Of a DNA stretch of 64,000 nucleotides, positions 40,726-54,480 are shown piece after piece; within the stretch, counting starts at the first letter, position 1, and the number at the start of each line of letters is the position of its first letter. This DNA comes from the human T2T-CHM13v2.0 reference genome, Homo sapiens. The DNA lies in NCBI RefSeq assembly GCF_009914755.1, contig NC_060929.1; one strand, given 5' to 3'. Below the pieces are notes generated by a model that saw only the letters and a program-made list of their open reading frames with translations, ran no database searches and was not told the DNA's origin. Both the position numbers and the translations under genes were made by a program.

Positions 40726-41778
40726 TTAAAAGGGGTCTTTTACTAGCACTGGCCACATCCCCATCTTATCGCTTTATCTTCCATTGAGCAGAGGTTCTGC
40801 CAGGTGCAGGGGACAAGGGAGAAGAAAAGACACGCACATTCTCCTGGGCTTCAAAGTTGTCCCATCCTTCTGTGATGTCATAATCTGAGCCATAGCCCAC
40901 AAATGTGAACTCCAACAACCCCCAAACCCAGTCCTCACCTCCCACATGCTTTTCATCACCCGCTCTCACATCCCATCTGGGGCCTCTGCTTCCATCCTAC
41001 CATTTCGCAAGCCTGGCCAACTCAAGCTCCGTGTGCTGCACCTAGAGCAGCCCATCTCTGTGTCAGGTAAGCACGTCAGGGCCCCCAGGATGGGAGACAG
41101 GAAAACCTCTTCTGGGGGAAGCCGAAATGGAGCAAAATGGGACAGCTCTTTGGTTTTGTAATTAAAACTGAAACCCGATCCTTCTGCTCTCAGAGACCTG
41201 ACCACAGGTTTCGTTTTTCAAAGGGCTACCTGGATGCTTATTAAAGGCCAACTTGTGCCCAAGATTGGGTTACTCCACTTTCAGCAGCTGCTTGACCTCT
41301 GCCTCTTACGCCCGTTCTGAGATGAAGGCTCATGTGGAATTAAACCCGGGCTAAATAGGTGGCCCAGGGCAGCCGGGGCCCCATGCAGCTCCTCGAAAGA
41401 CAAATGTATTTTGAGCAGGCCTGGCTCCTACTCCTTCAGGTCTCTGCTCAAATATTCATTCACCTGCCCTCCAAACCTACAGTTACTTACCTCTTCCTTC
41501 TTCCTCACATTGTCGTATTTTCTCATGCCACTTACTCTAAAGTGCCTGGTTTATAGATCTGCATACTTGCTCTGGCTTGCAGGCCTCTAGGCTGTTGGTT
41601 CCCTGAGAAGAGAGACTGCCTGTCTTGTTCATGCTATAGTTCCTGTGTGTGATAGTTATTGCACTGAGTGGATGAGGGAGAAGGATAAAAGTCATAAAAT
41701 GCCTCGCAAAAACTTTGAGGTCTGCCTGCCTGGTATTACAGAGAAGCTTGCACAATACAGAATGTTTTGTGGGAAGGA

Positions 41779-41809
<31 letters not shown>
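41779..41809. repeat. (GGCA)n tetranucleotide repeat
   Basis: About 7 perfect units. Confidence 0.95.
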
Positions 41810-42166
41810 TTGGTTATGTTTTCACTCTTGATATCTCAAAGCTTTATGACACACTCATGGAGTGAACATAATCTTTGTGGCATGATACAAAGGGACTGAA
41901 TCACTCAAGAAGATAATTTTATCTGGTAGTATCACCTGCCTTTATACATTATACATGTATTCTTATTCTCTCTCTCCAGCTATATATATCCAGAAAATTT
42001 TCTGAACCAAAATTGGCCAGGTCCTGAATACCTAAGTCCATGGAGTGGAAAGTCAGTACAAATTTGATGAGAGCCAGGAAACCTGAAGTACTGGTGGGGG
42101 AGAGGATGGTGAGGTGGAGAAGAGAAAGAATAGCCACAGCCAGGGCTTTTCTTTGGCTGAAGCCTA

Positions 42167-42658
<492 letters not shown>

Positions 42659-43330
42659 TCAGAAGGTGGCAATAATGACCTTGTAGATTACAGAACCAAA
42701 CTTGCAGGAGGGCAAAAAGCAAAACCTTGTCATTGATAAGGGCTATCCATCCATATAAAATGAATTACAAACCAACTAACTGGACAAAAAAAAAACAAAG
42801 CAACACCATCTATGAGTTGATATATTTGGCTCAGCCTGGTTTTTCTGTGTATTAGGAAAGGACAAAACAAGAGTGGCTCTGGGACATCCCCTTGTCATCA
42901 TAATCATCCCTCCCTCACACCCCTCCCCTACAGGGCTGATTTTATGCTCAGGAGGTAAAGGGTCCTCCTGCAAGAGCAGGTTGAGGGCCTGCTTTCTGCT
43001 GACCCTGGATCTGGCAGGGAAGCTCCTGCAGGTGTGTGTTAATGACTGTGGGGAACTCTGTTTAGGGACAGTTCCAGGAGCCACTCAGCAATGATGTTCC
43101 AAAAGCCAGAGTTGACCAATATGCATGCATTTGTGCAAGCATGGACAGGCTGGAGCAGTGTCCGCTGCAACTGTCCAAAAGTGATACATAATCCATAGCT
43201 GTGTAACTTTGCACAATTAACTTCTCTGGAACTTTCTAACCTTATTGATAAAATTAAGACTTTGGAATAGATACTCTCTAAGGATCTCCCCGGTTTCAAA
43301 CTTTTATAATCTTATGGAAAACATTACTCT

Positions 43331-43611
43331 GGCCAGGTGTGGTGATTCATGCTTATAATCTCAGTGCTTTGGGAGGCTGAGGCAAGAGAATACAAGACCA
43401 GCCTGGGCAACATAGTGAGACCCTGTCTGTACAAAAACAAAACACAGCAAAAACAAAAACCAAAAATTAGCCAGGTGTGGTGGTACTTGCCTATAGTCCC
43501 AGCTACTTGGGAGGCTGAGGTGGGAGGATTGTTTGAGGCTGTAGTGAGCTATGATCATGCCACTGCACTCCAGCCTGGCTGATAGAATGAGATTCTGACT
43601 CAGAAAAATAT

Positions 43612-43613
<2 letters not shown>
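43331..43613 (+). mobile_element. AluJ with small deletions in both arms
   Basis: J diagnostics 'gcctgggcaacatagtgagaccctgtct', 'gtgagctatgatcatgcc'. Confidence 0.92.

Positions 43614-43664
<51 letters not shown>
43614..43664. repeat. (CA)n microsatellite at the AluJ tail
   Basis: About 25 CA units. Confidence 0.98.
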
Positions 43665-43665
<1 letters not shown>

Positions 43666-44259
43666 CTTTCTGTCTGCCCCCTTGCTCTTCCTGTCCCATC
43701 TCTGCCTTTCTTCTTTCCTCTCTTTGTCAAATCTCCTTCGTCTGCCTCACAAAGGCCAGTGAGCCCCAGCCGCAGACCAGGGAAGCCAGCAAATTAGGAA
43801 TTTTCTTCACAAAGTTTTGAGTAGCTATTTTTCCCACGTGCTTCTCAGGCTGTGAGATAAATCCCCAAGTCTCCTGTTGAGTGCTGAGTAAGAAAAGCCA
43901 GGCAGTCTGCAAGCAAAGGTCTCCTGGTTAAGTCCCGGGGCTACAGAGCAATAAATACAGCCCCTGCACCAAGACACTTGGTCTAATACAGAAGCACATG
44001 TGCTCACAGAAATGCAACACTTCTGCTGTAGAAATCAAGACACAGCTAACGGGTGAAATGACCAGCAACTAAGGTATCATGCTGATTACTGGCGGAGTGA
44101 TTTTTATGAACCAGAAAGCCTTCCTAGGAATGGGGATATAATATGCAAGTTTATAAAAACTAATAAATGATATTATCATTATTAAGTGTATCTATTCCTA
44201 TTGAGAAGTCACTCCATTTGGGACATATCCATCCATTAAAAACATATAATACATGTAAT

Positions 44260-44690
44260 TCTTATTTACTGAGCACTGTATGCTATGAGCTGTGCTGAGC
44301 TCCTCATATATGTATCTCATTTAATCCTCACAATAACATACAGATCAACGACAGCACAGTGTTAAAGGCATGTTAATACTCTCAGAGATTCTGCCCTTGG
44401 CACCTCAGCTTTTTCATCTATGAAATGGGACAAATAATAGTATAGACCTCAAAGGCTTGGTGTGATTTTTCAATTAAAAAATTATGTAAAGCACTTAATA
44501 CAACATTAGGAACATAGTAAATGCTCTATAAATGTTATTTTTTGGAGTTTGTATCATTTTTACACATATTGCTACTTGAGGGAGGAACAGAGAGCATTAG
44601 ACTGAGCAACAGACTGATCCCAGGTCACAGAGCAAGAGTGGGGTTTGAATCCCACTCTTGAATCCAGCTCCGTCTCTAAGCTCCATACTG
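44260..44690. mobile_element. Sense MIR (about 44350-44540) nested in an antisense MIR
   Basis: 'atctcatttaatcctcacaata' (-), then 'cctcagctttttcatctatgaaatggg...tagtaaatgctctataaatgtt' (+), then 'ccaggtcacagagc...gggtttgaatccc' (-). Confidence 0.65.
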
Positions 44691-45764
44691 TGCTGTTCCT
44701 TGTGAAGTGAATTATTACTGCAGAACTCTAGTATTCTTGAAAGCAACTGCTTTAAATCCTCAAGTAACTCAGCACTTTGTGTGACTTGTCCTGTAGTCCG
44801 CCTTTAAAAGTCATTATGGATCTTCAGTTAAAATCACTTTGCCCTGGAAAGAGGTCAGGCAAATTCGTGGCATAGACAGACCTTTAAGTTAGACATCTAT
44901 GGCCTTTACTTTGAGATAGGGAGATCAGGCTGCTTCGCATGTTATCATCTGTGATTCCAGATAGTTGACTTCCCCACCTATCCCCACTCTGGACTCTCCT
45001 GGGACATCCCCTTCGACTCCTTCCCAATGCCCAGCTCACATCAGGCACTGAAGGTCCCTAATACGGAAATGTTAACGAAAGAGCTAAAAAGAGCATGGCA
45101 TGAAATGGGGCTAGAAAGATACAAGACTTGGAAATGCTAGCTGCTCTCACCAAAGGAAGCTCTTAAGGAAAGGAAAGCAGCCACCTTGGCAGCCTGAGGA
45201 ACATTCATAACACTTAGGCAAGGCCTCGCTGGCAGCAGGGCTGAAAGGAGCAGGACAAATTGCAGCCAGCTCCTTTGAGTCAACTGATGCTTCCCACAAG
45301 CCTCTGCATGGCAATGGGCTAAATCTCCTGCAGCAATGGATGACCTTGAAGGTGCATGCTGCAGCAGTAATTCTAAAGAGGTGTCAAAAGGGGTGTAAAT
45401 AAGCAGTCCAAGGAAGAAGCTTGTCAATAAATATTGTCTATGAGAAAAAAAAGCTTAAGGAACAGCTTAGTGTGTCCAAGCATCTCCTAAGTCTTCTTTG
45501 GTTTATTAGCTTTCATAAGGAGGAGTCAGAGAAGTAATCTGGAGCCACTAAGAGTCAAAGACAGGAAAAATGGGCTTAAGCAGGAGGAAAATTCCAGCAG
45601 GACAAAGAAACACAGGCTGGTAAGATTGCTAGATTCTCTTGCTGACGAGGTTATGGTTCTACCCATACATCTCCAAGAAGGAATTCTGACACAAAACAAA
45701 TCTTCCACCCACCCCCCAGAAGCCTGCATGTATCCTATTTATACTAGTTCCAGAGTTACCTGCA

Positions 45765-45938
45765 ACATTCATACTGTCTGCGTCAGAATCACCTGAAGAG
45801 TTTATGTTAAATACAAGTTCTCAGGCCCCACCCCAGAAAACTGAGGCAGATCCCTGGGACGGGGATGCCCCCAAACCCACATTTTTTGCAAGCTCCTGGG
45901 GTGATTCCTATCTACACTGAAGTCATCGAGAAGCAGTC
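45765..45938. mobile_element. MER5-type DNA transposon
   Basis: 'tcagaatcacctgaagag...ctcaggccccaccccaga...caagctcctggggtgattc'. Confidence 0.75.
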
Positions 45939-47648
45939 CCTTGTCTGCATTAGGGGAGTGAACCAAAGCCGGCGCAAGCCCCTTCCAGCTTGAATTTTCT
46001 GAATTCATACATTTTACCAAACCCATCTGAAAAGGGCAGTAAAATAAAAATAAAGCCTTCTTTTTTGCAGGGAGGTGAGCTGCTCAGTTGCCAGAGTATC
46101 AACCTGAGCCCAGGACACTGCCAGACTGCTGAGTCAAAGAGGGTTTAGCAGCCCATTTTCATAGACAGACAGGTGAGAGGAGGATGCTGGACATGGTCCC
46201 AGAGACATGGGGACTCAAGAAACATGAAGATCTGTTCACAGCTAAGGGCACATTTCCATGCCGAGAAATCAGGCGTGAGCGCAAGAGTCCTATCGTCTAC
46301 CAGAAAAAGAAATCTTTGGGTAATTTTTTTCTCTGTCTTATCTCCGAGTTGGGTGGTGAACTGTGGAAACACTGTATTGATTTGCTCTTCACTCTTCAAT
46401 GCTTTGCAGTCTTCTTGCGAAGGGAATTTAAAATATCTCCGACAACTCTGGTAGATGACTGGCTATTTCTAGGGAAATGCAGGGGGTCTGATGGCAGTTT
46501 TCCTTTTCCTTCTGTTTTGACTACATCTTTGGAACGGGAACACGCTGACGGCTGTCTGGGACTCCTTTCCCTAGGAACTCCTGCAGTGGCTGTCTCAAGG
46601 TCACTCGGAATGCAGTTTTGCCTCTCTCTGCTGAGGTGCCCATTAGCACCCTGCACTGACAACTAGTCACGCCCCGAGTCTCCAGGCCAATTTGCCTCCC
46701 CCACTCTGGGTTGCTGGGCAACAGGAAGGAAGCCTTGTACAGGGCTACATCTTTCATAGACAGCAAAGGGAGAACTTTTAGCTGCATCCTGGGAAGGAGA
46801 AAGGAAGTGACATGGCACTCAGAATTGGGATCTTCCAGCTGGGTCAACTCATTCCACAAGACTGCAGATCTCTCTTGCCAGTGCAAACACTGTCCCTTCT
46901 CAGACCTGGGGGTCGACCTTTGCAGAGGCGGGAAGCAAGTGATGGAATGCCTGAAAGAAGCCAAACTGCCTTCCGGGTCACAGCCTAGTTTGAAGTCTTG
47001 ACTCTCTGCCCTTTGCTTTGCGTTAAATTGTGGGTTGCACCACAGCACAAGTTGCTAGTTATAAGTTAGAGTCCCAAGTTAATTCATTAAAAGAATAAAT
47101 TAGGGAGACTTGTATGATCACTCACATTCCCTTGTATTTTGATAGCTTCCTTGAAGGTAAAAGAAGAGTTAGGCTTACCTAGGTCAGCGGCTTTGCATAT
47201 GCACGGTATCTTATTTCTCACATATTCCATAGGCTCATAAGTAGTTACATCCACAAATGTCAGAAAAACCGATGGCTTGGCAGCAATTAGCAAATTATGA
47301 TCACCTGCTACCTCTACCACTTGCTTAAAATGAGCAGGGGAGCATATGGAAAATGCAGACTCCTGGGCCCCAACTCCAAAATACTAAGGGTGGAATCCTG
47401 AAATTTACATTTTAAATAAATGTCCTCTTCCTATAGCTATCACTCTTTTCCTTCAAAGCACAGCAGAAAACATTTCTCTTTTATAAAGGATTAAATATGT
47501 TTGAGTCTTTTTATGTCCTCTTAATCCATTTTCTTTCACTGCCTCCAGCAGTGAAAACAGACATAACTTTTTCAGTTCTTTGCAGATAGTTTAAAATGCT
47601 CTTTGTTCTGTGTTTTGCTTGGGAATAAGTGTTTTCCCTGGGCTACAA

Positions 47649-47873
47649 CAGAGACTGACAAATAAAGGCCATTTCTCAGGACAAATTTGGCCGCTGCCTG
47701 TTTTTGTAATAAAGTTTTATCGGAAGTCCTGCCATTTAGTTTTTTTACATATCGTCTGTGGTTACTTTCATAGTATCATGGCAGAGGTGAGTGGTTAAGA
47801 GAGAAACAGTATGACCTACAAAGCCTAAAATATTTTACTATCTGGCCTTTTACAGAAAGTTTGCCAAATGTTG
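47649..47873 (+). mobile_element. MER58A hAT-Charlie element
   Basis: 'ctgcctgtttttgtaataaagttttat', 'caaagcctaaaatattttactatctggccttttacagaaagtttgcc'. Confidence 0.9.
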
Positions 47874-47883
47874 GTTTAGAAGG

Positions 47884-48317
47884 GTAGTGAGACTGGCTGG
47901 CAGTTGAACAAACATATTTCCTTGTCTTCCTGGCTACATAACTAGGACTACATCTCCCAGTCTCCTTTGCAGTTGGTCCTGATCATGTGACTGAGTTCCA
48001 TTCAAGGAGAGGAAATTGGCCTGGCTTGGTCCGTGAAACTTCCCTGAGTTTGATCCCCCACGATGTTGACAAACCTAGCATTGAACCTACTGCTGAAAGT
48101 GGCAGAGTTCTTAATGATTACTCTTAATCATGAATTGAGTAAAGGAGTTTGGGAATCTGGGTCTCTTAATCATTACTTGGAAGGAAGCCACCTACTCATT
48201 AAGAAAAGCCATTTTGGTCTTTATCTGAGAGAGAAATAAACCTCAATCAATTTGAGTCATTATACATTGTATTAAATTCATTTGTTACAGCAGCTGAATT
48301 AATTTAACTTAAACACA
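47884..48317 (+). mobile_element. MLT1J-like MaLR LTR
   Basis: 'gactacatctcccagtctcctttgcagttgg...catgtgactgagttc', 'gagagagaaataaacc', 'tttgttacagcagc'. Confidence 0.75.
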
Positions 48318-49023
48318 GAGCCTCCTTCCTTAGGTTAGAACTTAGAGTTAAGGAATGAAATCTTCTCATTCAGAACACATTTACCATCTGCAAAAGCATG
48401 GATGGTGGGTAAAGGGATTGCTACCTATGTAAAGGGGAAAGAGAAACACGCAGAACCAGAGAGGACAGTGGTCGCGGAAACTACTTTTGCCTGAAGTCTC
48501 TGCTCACTTTCTAAAATACCCACATAATGAATTTGTCTTCCCCATCACTGACCAGTAGATGCCCTGCCACACACAGTGCTAGAGCAAGATAACCCTTCCT
48601 CCAGGAAATCATTATTTCCAGGGGAGACGGAACAGTGAAGTGTCAGGGTTAGAGTCCTATAGAAGACTATGAAGTAGGGAGGAAAGTGTTCTGAATAGAG
48701 TGTGACAGACCTGGCTTTCAGAACCTTCTAGAAATGAGCTATGTGCTTAAGGCAAGTCACTACACCTTGGAAGCCAGGACTTCCTCATCTAGAAGATGTA
48801 GTTCTTCTGTCTATAGATATATAGATGTCTACACCCTGGAATGTCAGCACCAGACTGGATTTTAGCTATAACTAGCTCAGAGGTTTCCAAAGCAGCTTCC
48901 AAGAATGCCTGTGATCTGTCAGAGGTGCCTCAGTATCTTAAGGGATGGGCAAGGGGCAGGTTCTGGGCTGCCCACAAATTCAACTTGAGCAACATGAATT
49001 TTTATGTATTTATGGTGAGATAG

Positions 49024-49332
<309 letters not shown>

Positions 49333-49504
49333 TAGTATTTTAAAATAGTAACCTATGTGTTGCTGCCCCTTCCAAGACACTCATACTCCCTTGTATCTAG
49401 GCAGACCAGATATAATTCACCTTTGCCTTAAGGACCAATTGTCCCAGGATAGCATAGAGAATAAAGACATTAATTCTTCGTCTCTCAGTTTCAAAATTCT
49501 AGAC

Positions 49505-49672
49505 CTGCGTTGCTCACCATGGCAGCCTCTATCCACATGGAGCTATTTGAGGTCAATTAAAATGAAACATTCAGTTCATTGGTCATACTAGACACGTGTG
49601 ACTGTGGCTACTGTAATGGAAGTACACATATAGAACACACCCATCATCACAGAAAGTTCTATTGGATATTGT
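49505..49672 (-). mobile_element. MER3 hAT-Charlie element
   Basis: 'tatagaacacacccatcatcacagaaagttctattgga' antisense to the MER3 5' end. Confidence 0.8.
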
Positions 49673-52600
49673 AGATCTAAACCCTAAGTGTGCTCAGAGT
49701 ATACTTGATCAGTCAGAATTAGGAGTCTCCCTCCACCAAAGATTCCTCCAGCTGGGGAAAACATCAGGGGGCAAGCCTCTGAGAATTCCCTTGCCTCCAT
49801 GCCACTGCAGGAGCATTCAAGGAGGAATGGCTTCATGATGGCAATGAGCGGCATCGCCTGAAAGACAGCCTTCGAGAGTCTCCCAGAGCCGCTGAGGAGC
49901 AAGGCAGTAAGTAAAAGGATGATTTTTTGTGCCCTCGAGAATTGTAGGGAAGAAGCATATTGAGTGAGAAAGGGTTATTTCATTGGACACCAAGGTGGAC
50001 AGACTTAGGTTCCATGAACTAGATGCCCACTACCTCCTCCCTTAGGCTGGGCACCGCTATACTCTCTGAAACTTGGACACAGTCCTGGAAAGGAGGCAGA
50101 GGGATTATTTGCAAGTGCCTGCTATTTAGTTTTTGTGAACAGGGAAAAGTGAACATCAGTGAGAAACTGTTACAAACAATAAAAGTCACCTTTCTTGGAT
50201 ACAGACACTTGTAGACTGAGTTTTCACCCACTATGTATTTCCTATGTTTGCCTTGTACAAAAATGATCCTGTAGCTAAAAACAATGAGACTGAAAACTCA
50301 AGAAAGGTTGAGCCAGAGATGTGTGTTTCTCACACCTAAAAGCATCTTACTAAATGTGATGGTTTTTGCGGGGGGTAACAAGCAAAGGCAGGAAGAAGTT
50401 TCAGGCCCCTCATGGTTTTAGATGAAACTCTGCGTGAGAACAAGTGGTGGCATTGTCCAGTGTGTGCCCTGACATCCTCCCGAGGGGAGCAAAAGCCAAG
50501 CCAAGAAACAAGAGAGTGAGCGCTCTAAGCTCAAACATGTTAAGTACACCCAAAAAGGACACACCCACCCCAGCTTACAGCCCTGCTTTGTTCCACAAGA
50601 AAATGGGCAAAAGGTGAACAGGTAATAAGAAAAAAAATATATCACCATTTCACTAAGAGTCCAGTATTGTTTGTACTTCTAGTGCCACCCACTCTAACAT
50701 GATGTGTTCTGTGTATATGATGTTGCCTGAGGAAACGGAAGCTCTAACTTCCCTTATCCAAGCATGCTATCTTTCTTAATCAGGTTATTATTACACCAGC
50801 CATATTTTCATCATTTTGGATGTCTTTTTTAGGAATTGCATGAGTGTGTACATGCATATAACTAGGTACAATGCCAACACACTGAAGATCCTGAACACTC
50901 AGGCTTTGGTATGAGCTCCTCTGTGAGGACCTAGTGCTGCTATGCAGAGGAGTGAGCATGGTTGTATGGGTGGGTTTGGGGTTTGTTTTCCTCTGTTACT
51001 TGAAAAATAGCTATTTTGTCTGTGTGTAGAAATTTTTTTAGGACTGTATTCAAAGAAAAAAGAGGGGTGGAATTTTCATTAAAAGGATAATTGTAAGACT
51101 AAAGCTCTGTCATCTGTTTTCGAAACAGCTCTAGGCCTCTGGGTTGTAGGATATGTGCATTGAGAAGAGGCCTACAGTAAACTCTCCCCAGACTTCTGTG
51201 GACCTAGGAGGCTGCTGACTTCATAGGGTCATTCTCCTTGCTTGCTCTCTTCCTCATTCCTCTTGTATTTCTACCCTCTGTTCTTTTTTTTTTCCCACCA
51301 CAGCTACCTGCTCTCACTCTTCTGTTATCTTCAACCCATCTTCTTTGCCCTAAACTCCTAGGCTCCCCCACCTACATTCCACCATATTGAAGGGCTTACC
51401 TGTCTGGTGCCAGCAAAGGTAATAATGCTGGGATGGCTGTGTGTGGGTGGGAGTGGGGCACAGGGTCAGGGGTTGAGTTTTATAACTCTGTTTTACCTAT
51501 CTCTAAAGACAGAGGTGAGCTGGTATTATGAAGTCAGATGCATCTTTCGAAAGGAATGAAAGACTGAGGCTGGGAAAAGGGAAAGAAATTTTTTTCTTCC
51601 CAGTGGAAACATTCGCATGCTACAATTGGAGAATGTGATTCTGCCAGCTGGTCATATTGGGGCTGTGTCCTGACCTATGGACCTCATGTATGCAATTCTC
51701 TTTCTCAAAACATAGCTTCGAGGTAGGCATAATTACTCCCTTTTGGTGAATAACCAGTAGATGGACCAGAAAGGTGAAGAACATGCCAGTCACCCAGCTG
51801 CTAAGCCTCTGAGCCAGGAACTTAATCCCAAGAGCAGATTATTGAGCGTGAACACAGTACCGGAACTCAGCAATGTGGAGACTGCAAGATGGCCAGTCCA
51901 CCCCGGGAGGAAGCAGAGTGGCATTTGAAGGGGATAAGATGACGTTCTTATTTATTTGTTATGTGCATGACCTGGTAGGCAGCAGGGCTGGAATTTGCCT
52001 GAGATCCTGAAGTTTGAATCTTCATCCAATATACTACCCTGCCCACAACATGAGCCGTGGGAAGACAGACATTCTCTAACTTCAGGAGGCAAACTTTTCC
52101 ACGGGGGAGAGAGCTATCAGTCAAAAACTTCTCACTGGGCAGGGGGTGCAGGTACATTTTTCCTGCCGGAAGTTGCTGAAACGTCTGGGAGACTTTTAAG
52201 GTTGACTCGGCCATGAACCTACTCCAGATCCTGCTGCTTCCTTGGTTTCCAGAGCAACAGCACAGGATCGGGAGAACATACGTGGTATCAGATTTGGACA
52301 GGGAGGCGAGCAGCAGTGTTTGTCGGTGGGAACGGAGTGTGACACACACAGCCTGGGCTCTGTGCCTTGCCCAAGCTGTCACACGCACCACATCCTCCAG
52401 AAGCGGGGTGGTAACAGCCTGGAATCCACCAACCCCTTGCCTGTCTTTAAGGAAGAATAGCAGTGATGCAAGAAAGAGACAAAATAAGGAAAAAGGCAGA
52501 AAGAGGAGACATTGGTTCAGCTTGAAGAAATTCCTACCCTGATGTACACAGTATCCCCACAGGGCCACAGGATTAGAGAACAACTGCCGCTCCCAAAGTC

Positions 52601-54119
52601 TCCAGACACCTCCAACCCTTATGACTTGGACAACAATTTGCAAAATTAAATTACTTCTCATGGGGAAACTGTTCATTATAATTGGGGCTAGTAATTTTTC
52701 AGAGACCAGGTCTGAATGGAAGTGTGGGTCAGGGCAAAGTATAGGAAGACTCAGGAAGCAAGCTCATTCTCTTTCGCTAATAAGCACGACCCAAATCAGG
52801 GAGGGATGTTTAGAAGAGACCTTTCTGGATATGGTTCTGGAGTCAGCTGCAGAGTTAAGAGAGGGGATTAAAATACATAAATATATCTTGAATCCATCTG
52901 GAATTTTAAAGACACTATTATTCAAGGAAGGAAAGGGATGAATTCAGAAATGGCTCCAGCCCCATAATAGAAAAGGTAACTTAGACTCCAGAGTTCCCAG
53001 CTCGTACCAGAAGGTACTTACTGAAAGTCTCCTTCCAACATCTCTGGCCTATAGGTGATTCTGTAGATGTGATGTGCCAGAAACCAAATCTGTTGGGTCC
53101 AGAGAAGAAGTAGAGAGGCTCAAAACCATTTTTCCCAGAACAGATGGTACATTCCTTGCTCTTCTTTCTTTTCTTCAATCTTGTTCTTTCATGAACATCT
53201 TTTGCAAGATGAATTCTGTGGAACCCCCAGGAGCCTCAATCCATACCTGGTAAAGACGAGGCATATAGAAAACTTGGATCTCTGTGCTGTAAGGAAACTA
53301 AGAGATGCCTGAGATTAACTCTCTTTTGTACAGAGAGAAGCATACAGCTCTAGGGGCCTCCTAGAGTCATGGTATGCAAATAATTAAACAAATGGTTTAA
53401 CAGCAATGTTGTCAGGAAAAGAATTTCCAATTCCATCACCATGGTGATAGTTCATCAAAAAAAAGTCTAAATCTAAAAATTGCCTTCACTTGGCTGATGG
53501 AAAATAATAAATAAGGCTCCCAGGGCCTGCACTTTGTATTATCTGTTACTACCAGCCTGAACTCTCCCCTAGTTCCGCCTTTATACCTGGCTTGGCCCTA
53601 GCATAGCTATAGCCACCTGCGATTTCCCAGGATGCTTAAAAGGTGAGTGGCTAATTTCCCAAATCCCCCAATCACCAGCCTGTCTCCTCTCCCCATGCTC
53701 TTGCTGGCATCCATTAGCCTTTGACTCTGGGTTTATTAACTGTCCACAGCAATTTCATAGATGGGGAATTTATGAAAATGACTCTTAAGCTCCTGGGTGT
53801 GGTGACTCCCTGGCAGAGACTGTTCAGCAGGAGAGGAGATTAGGATATTCTGAGAACTGCATCAGAAATGGGCACCTGTGACTTCCTTCTGTTCGAAGGG
53901 AAATGCCACAGCCTAATTTTAATATTAAAAATGAAATTGTAAGAAGGCTTCCTGAAATAGACAAAGTATGTTGTTTTGCCATTTCTAGGAGAACTGCAAT
54001 CCAAGCAAATGTGGTGGGTGTGAAGCTTTCAAGAAGTTGGGTCAAGAACAAGGACTGAAAGAGGAGCATCAATTTGTAAGTTCAGGAATGTCTGCTCCAT
54101 CTTTGCAGAGACAAGCAAA

Positions 54120-54480
54120 TATCAGGGACCACCCAAGTCCATTCATTGTGAACTAAGTGAATCATGACACAACCACACAATGGAACACCGTGCAGGATTA
54201 TGATATACAGACTGCTGAAGATCTAGAGTTATTGATATGGAAAGATGCCCATGATGTATTGTTAGCAAAAAAAATCAGCCTACAAAACAACATGCATAGC
54301 ATAATCCTATTTAAAATATATCTTTACATGTGTATGTATATAAGGAAAAGAGTAGAAGGCTATATACTGAAATGTTAATGACTGTTACCTCTGCTGGCTT
54401 TTTTAATTTTTATATAATTTTAGCGCCTAAAACAATATTTTATGCAGTGAGCTTCTATGAATACTATCATCAGAAAAAAA
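54120..54480 (+). mobile_element. Old L1M (L1ME-type) 3' UTR fragment
   Basis: 'tattgatatggaaagatgcccatgatgtattgttag', 'aaatgttaatgactgttacctctg'. Confidence 0.7.

Noticed and set aside
51948-52676. Longest ORF (242 aa, minus strand) as a protein-coding gene
   Set aside because: No recognisable domain or homologue, composition looks like translated non-coding DNA, and no supporting gene structure.
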